Of a DNA stretch of 27,568 bases, positions 24,229 through 27,568 are shown piece after piece (position 1 is the first letter of the stretch; each line of letters begins with the position of its first letter). The stretch covers positions 1-27,568 of the forward strand of contig CAXHAT010000099.1 of assembly GCA_964014485.1 (NCBI GenBank), given 5' to 3'. A program made the position numbers and the translations under genes. Below the pieces are notes generated by a model. That model did not search any database. It was not told the DNA's origin and saw only the letters and a list, made by a program, of their open reading frames with translations. This DNA comes from an uncultured Deferribacteres bacterium. GTDB lineage: Bacteria; Zhuqueibacterota; Zhuqueibacteria; Zhuqueibacterales; Geothermadaptataceae.

Positions 24229-25845
24229 TTATATCCTGATAATTTGATGATCGAAATGTGCCAAATCAAGTTGATCGTAAACGTCTCGGATAAAATCAAA
24301 GCCATGCTTCACGAGAAAAGGAGAAAAATTCAAAACGCGCTCCTGCAGATTGCCGCCGGGAAAAACTGCGGTCGCTGCATTCGTCAATTGTTGGCGCATC
24401 ACATCACTATGGCGTTTTTCAGCCTGCACTGCTTTTTTCTCCAGCGTTTCAATATTATTGACGATGCGTCCCGCAGTTATCTCCAGCAATTTTTCAAGCG
24501 TCGGGTCGAGTGCGTGAACTTTGTCGGTCAGCCTAGCTAATTCTTGCGGCCAATCGTTTTTCATTTTTTCAAAAGCGTCCATCAAGCCGCCGGACAGATT
24601 TTCCCGCGCTTTTGCAGAGATCAACGCTTCCAAGTCGCCCCATAAATCCTGCACTTTCATATGGCGTTTTTCGAGAATTCGCGCAATGTTGTTCTCGATG
24701 ATGGTCGCCGATTTCCTCGGGTATAAAATCGGCATGGGAACGTCAAACGCTTCGTAGGCGCTTTTCAACTGTCCGAAGTACGCGATTTCCGCTGGGCCTC
24801 CAACATACGCAATCGTAGGGAAAACAACATCTTGCGTCAGGCCGCGCAGAATAACGTTCGGGCTCAACCTTTCCGGCTGCTCTTGCGCAATTTGCGCCAA
24901 TTCTTCGGTTGAAAAGATATATTTTCCGTCAGTCGTCTGAACTTTGTCGCCGGACAATTCCAAAGGCAAACGCTCTTCGTCGTTTAAAAACAGATTCAGT
25001 CTGCCGTCGCGCAAAGGCGCCTGCGGCGAATAGCCCTTTTCAGAAAGTCTGCGGGACGTTTGCAAAACCGCATGCGTCGAAGGGCTTCCTTCTAGAATTT
25101 CCTGCACAAAAACCTTCGCCTGCAAAGCGCGGATTTCCGGGTCGGACGGATCAATCATTACCACGCCTAAATCGCCCAAACATTGCATCAACCAGCGCCC
25201 GAAAGCGTCGCTCAAAGAAACGTCCGGTGCATAGGCCGACGAAACCGCCTCAAAAATGTCATCCTTGAATTCTGAGTTATGCATCGATTCTTCAAACGTC
25301 TCAATCGTTTTAAGAATCTGCTCTCCTGGAATCATCCGCGACATCGACACATTGCCGTCAACTGTGCGCTCAACTTCCAGCCGCGTTTGTCGCTTTTGCT
25401 TATCCAGAATATTGGCGTGATTCACCTCAGCAAAATCAGAATCGTCGGAAGCGACCCAAAAAACAGGGACAACAGCGCCCAGCCCGGAATCATCGAGCGA
25501 ACGCGCCAGCTTGATCGCCGTCAGCGCTTTGTACAAAACATACATCGGCCCGCCAAACAACCCGACCTGTTGACCAGTGATCACAATATTCGCTTTTTCA
25601 GCATTCAGACGCTCGATAGCCCGAAACGTCTCCGATGGTGCGCCGAACTTTTCATTTTGCTTCTTGAGAATTTGGGAGAGTCTTTCGCGAGGGTAATCTC
25701 GCTGCGTCAAGATTTCAACTTGCCTTCCAAACGCTTCTTTTGTGGCGTAATTCAAACTATAAAATTCGCTGACCCTTTCGAAATCGGTGAGATAATCGAG
25801 ATAAAAGCGCCCCACATTTTTAATATCCTTGACAGGTATTCTCAT
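24229..25845 (-). CDS. bshC: Bacillithiol biosynthesis cysteine-adding enzyme
   Basis: ITGQQVGLFGGPMY, FWVASDDSDFAEV, SPNVILR, YVGGPAEIAYF, LQERVLN. Confidence 0.95.
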   Translation of the reverse strand: MRIPVKDIKNVGRFYLDYLTDFERVSEFYSLNYATKEAFGRQVEILTQRDYPRERLSQILKKQNEKFGAPSETFRAIERLNAEKANIVITGQQVGLFGGPMYVLYKALTAIKLARSLDDSGLGAVVPVFWVASDDSDFAEVNHANILDKQKRQTRLEVERTVDGNVSMSRMIPGEQILKTIETFEESMHNSEFKDDIFEAVSSAYAPDVSLSDAFGRWLMQCLGDLGVVMIDPSDPEIRALQAKVFVQEILEGSPSTHAVLQTSRRLSEKGYSPQAPLRDGRLNLFLNDEERLPLELSGDKVQTTDGKYIFSTEELAQIAQEQPERLSPNVILRGLTQDVVFPTIAYVGGPAEIAYFGQLKSAYEAFDVPMPILYPRKSATIIENNIARILEKRHMKVQDLWGDLEALISAKARENLSGGLMDAFEKMKNDWPQELARLTDKVHALDPTLEKLLEITAGRIVNNIETLEKKAVQAEKRHSDVMRQQLTNAATAVFPGGNLQERVLNFSPFLVKHGFDFIRDVYDQLDLAHFDHQIIRI

Positions 25846-26000
25846 GTATCAAAAAATCCTTCTAACCTATATTGAAGTGCAACGACTCATCGTTGTCTGG
25901 CGTCAAAACAGACGCTGAAGCGTTTGCTTCCCCAAAACTCCTCAAGACGAGCCGCCTTAAGTCCGACCCGCGCGAAAAGACCCGCCGTCACGAAAAATGT

Positions 26001-26411
26001 TCAGACCTCGACAAAAACTTTCGCGATAGACGGCCCGGCAACGTGCAATTTAAACTCGTTAAAATAACCAAAAGGCGTCAACTGCACGGTCAAACCGGCG
26101 TTCGCCAATCGCTCGGCCATTCTGTCCAGAATATATCTCGCCGTCGCTGCGTCCGCTTTGCTTGGGGAAAGGTGCGCAAAAGAATGCAAAACAACCGTTT
26201 GCGCCGCTACCTTCCGGGCGTGCCATTTGATATTCTTGATCGCTTTTCTGATAACGTTTTCCGGTGTTAATTCATCGATGGACTCGACATGAACGAGCGC
26301 GACAACCGCGTTTCGGCAAGAAATGGAGGCGGGGTTTTCTTCAGCGTCCCGAATGCTTCTCTCAAAAGGCTTCAACCAATAGTCGTGCGCTTGCAACATG
26401 AGAAGCTTCAT
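26001..26411 (-). CDS. Stand-alone threonyl-tRNA synthetase editing-domain protein (archaeal-type)
   Basis: MKLLMLQA start, VHVESID, LHSFAHLS and TPFGYFNEFKLHVAG parallel the archaeal ThrRS editing motifs YPYAHLS / PFGWYK. Confidence 0.8.
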   Translation of the reverse strand: MKLLMLQAHDYWLKPFERSIRDAEENPASISCRNAVVALVHVESIDELTPENVIRKAIKNIKWHARKVAAQTVVLHSFAHLSPSKADAATARYILDRMAERLANAGLTVQLTPFGYFNEFKLHVAGPSIAKVFVEV

Positions 26412-26544
26412 CGTTTTCTCTCCTGAAAATCATAACGTACCGTCGTCCGATTTTTAAAAATTTTGAATCGCCCCATCGCGGCAGGATAATAAGAAGGATT
26501 TAAACGGCGGGCAACTTTTTCGTCACTGGCGTGATGAGACTCAA

Positions 26545-26805
26545 TTAGTCCAATTTATCCCAATTTGGAACGCGCCGTTTCTTGACTTTTGACATGATTT
26601 CATCAAAACCCGATAGAATGTCTTTCCCGGAGCGTCCCTTCAAAAAATTGGACATGTGTTGTCCAGCTTCAATATTTCCTATTTTTTTGGCGAACATGTA
26701 CATGGCAAGCTGATTAATTGAAACGCCTTGCTCTTCCGCCGCTCGTGCAATTCTATTTTTAAGATCTGCAGGAACTCTAATCGTCAAAATATTGGCTTTC
26801 GGCAT
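26545..26805 (-). CDS. Ribbon-helix-helix (HicB-like/CopG) antitoxin-type protein
   Basis: GGAG RBS 8 nt before ATG 26805; LTIRVPADLKNRIARAAEEQGVSINQL. Confidence 0.85.
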   Translation of the reverse strand: MPKANILTIRVPADLKNRIARAAEEQGVSINQLAMYMFAKKIGNIEAGQHMSNFLKGRSGKDILSGFDEIMSKVKKRRVPNWDKLD

Positions 26806-26854
26806 CTTCGCTTCTCCATATTTTGGCAAACTCGCCTGGGGTTATAATTTTAGC
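26777..26854 (-). pseudogene. Probable C-terminal remnant of a PIN-family toxin gene
   Basis: Start-less frame *AKIITPGEFAKIWRSEDAESQYFDD* overlapping the antitoxin start. KIITPxEF is a typical PIN-toxin C-terminus. Confidence 0.5.
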
Positions 26855-26863
26855 TCAACATTG

Positions 26864-27445
26864 TCAATCAATAAAGTTCTTTCTTTCGTGCTCAAGCAGC
26901 CAGCGTTTCCGTTCGAGTCCGCCGCCGTAGCCGGTCAAATCGCCGTTCGAACCGACAACGCGATGGCAGGGGACGATGATGGAGATGCGATTTGCCCCGT
27001 TGGCCGCGCCCACGGCTCGAAAAGCGTTTGGCCTGCCTATTTTCACCGCTTGCTGTTGATAGCTCGCCGTCTCGCCATACGGAACTTCTCTTAAACGATC
27101 CCATACTTTGTTCTGGAAATCCGTGCCAGGCGTGTGCAGCGCTACGTTAAACTTTTTTCGTTCGCCGTTGAAGTATTCGGCGAGTTCTTTTTGCGCTTGT
27201 CGGATATGCTCGTTTTCGCCTGCCATGATCTTGGCGTTCAGCAGTCTTTGCAGGTCTTTCAACTCCTTTTCCAGAATTTTTCGATCAATAAATTCCAGTA
27301 AACAAACGCCTTTTCCGGTGGCGCAGACGAACATTGCCCCCAACGGCGTTGTCAAGCGATGAATCAAGATGGTTCTATTATTCTCATCGGGCGAGTCATT
27401 TTCCTTTTTGACGAGATTTACCAGATCGACCGGATTATTTGGCAT
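26864..27445 (-). CDS. ogt: Methylated-DNA--protein-cysteine methyltransferase (Ogt, or C-terminal half of Ada)
   Basis: TTPLG, GTDFQNKVW, VPYGETASY, RAVGAANGAN, PCHRV active site, KRWLLEHE. Start uncertain. Confidence 0.88.
   Translation of the reverse strand: MPNNPVDLVNLVKKENDSPDENNRTILIHRLTTPLGAMFVCATGKGVCLLEFIDRKILEKELKDLQRLLNAKIMAGENEHIRQAQKELAEYFNGERKKFNVALHTPGTDFQNKVWDRLREVPYGETASYQQQAVKIGRPNAFRAVGAANGANRISIIVPCHRVVGSNGDLTGYGGGLERKRWLLEHERKNFID
27410..27436. repeat. Degenerate 3 x 9-bp tandem repeat
   Basis: GACGAGATT-TACCAGATC-GACCGGATT; reads as NPVDLVNLV in the ogt N-terminal extension. Confidence 0.4.
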
Positions 27446-27517
27446 TGCAATTTTGGTGTGACACGTTTCTGGATAATTATTCTCAGGCGCCGCCAATATC
27501 TCTGACTTTTCCCCTCT

Positions 27518-27568
27518 CTACCTGACACTTTTTACGAATTTCCTGAACAGATTTAACTGCATCGGAAT
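27518..27568. mobile_element. Left end of a second element of the same IR family, cut by the window end
   Basis: CTACCTGACACTTTTTA is identical (17/17) to 16334-16350; the sequence diverges afterwards. Confidence 0.65.

Noticed and set aside
25983..26531. Loose inverted similarity (CGCC..ACGAAAAA.GTT) flanking the ThrRS-editing gene
   Set aside because: Short, gapped and A-run dependent; compatible with chance.

Overview
Bacterial contig, probably from a metagenome assembly; bases 1-44 are an untrimmed Nextera adapter. There are three blocks. (1) 152-11270, minus strand: a sigma-54 enhancer-binding protein with no sensor domain, three palindromic candidate UAS sites and a -24/-12 promoter, then a 7-gene operon. 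The operon encodes a small winged-helix-like protein; a ~1340-aa multi-peptidase protein (M15-like Zn peptidase with PG-binding motif, trypsin, an inactive and an intact papain-like/AvrRpt2-type domain, unknown terminal domains); a lysozyme-like/PG-binding protein; three uncharacterised proteins with DUF2589/Trypco-like patterns; and an S8 subtilase. None of the seven has an evident signal peptide, and the linkers of the large protein repeat a subtilisin-type [A/S]-x-[A/S]-[F/L/M] motif. (2) 11502-19933, plus strand, divergent and more AT-rich: ECF sigma, ZAS-TM-TPR anti-sigma, membrane-anchored M64-like metallopeptidase, a tail-anchored protein, a putative lipoprotein TPR-CHAT (caspase-like) protease and a Pro-rich membrane protein, with a MITE-like element inserted. 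(3) 19930-27568: bshC-bshB1-ABC transporter-bshA (bacillithiol), a stand-alone ThrRS editing domain, an orphan RHH antitoxin with a PIN-toxin remnant, an ogt/truncated ada, and a second MITE end at the contig break. The best candidate for an undescribed system is block 1, possibly coupled to block 2, as a protease-activated polyprotein/effector-assembly system. All family assignments come from motif recognition only; no database searches were run.
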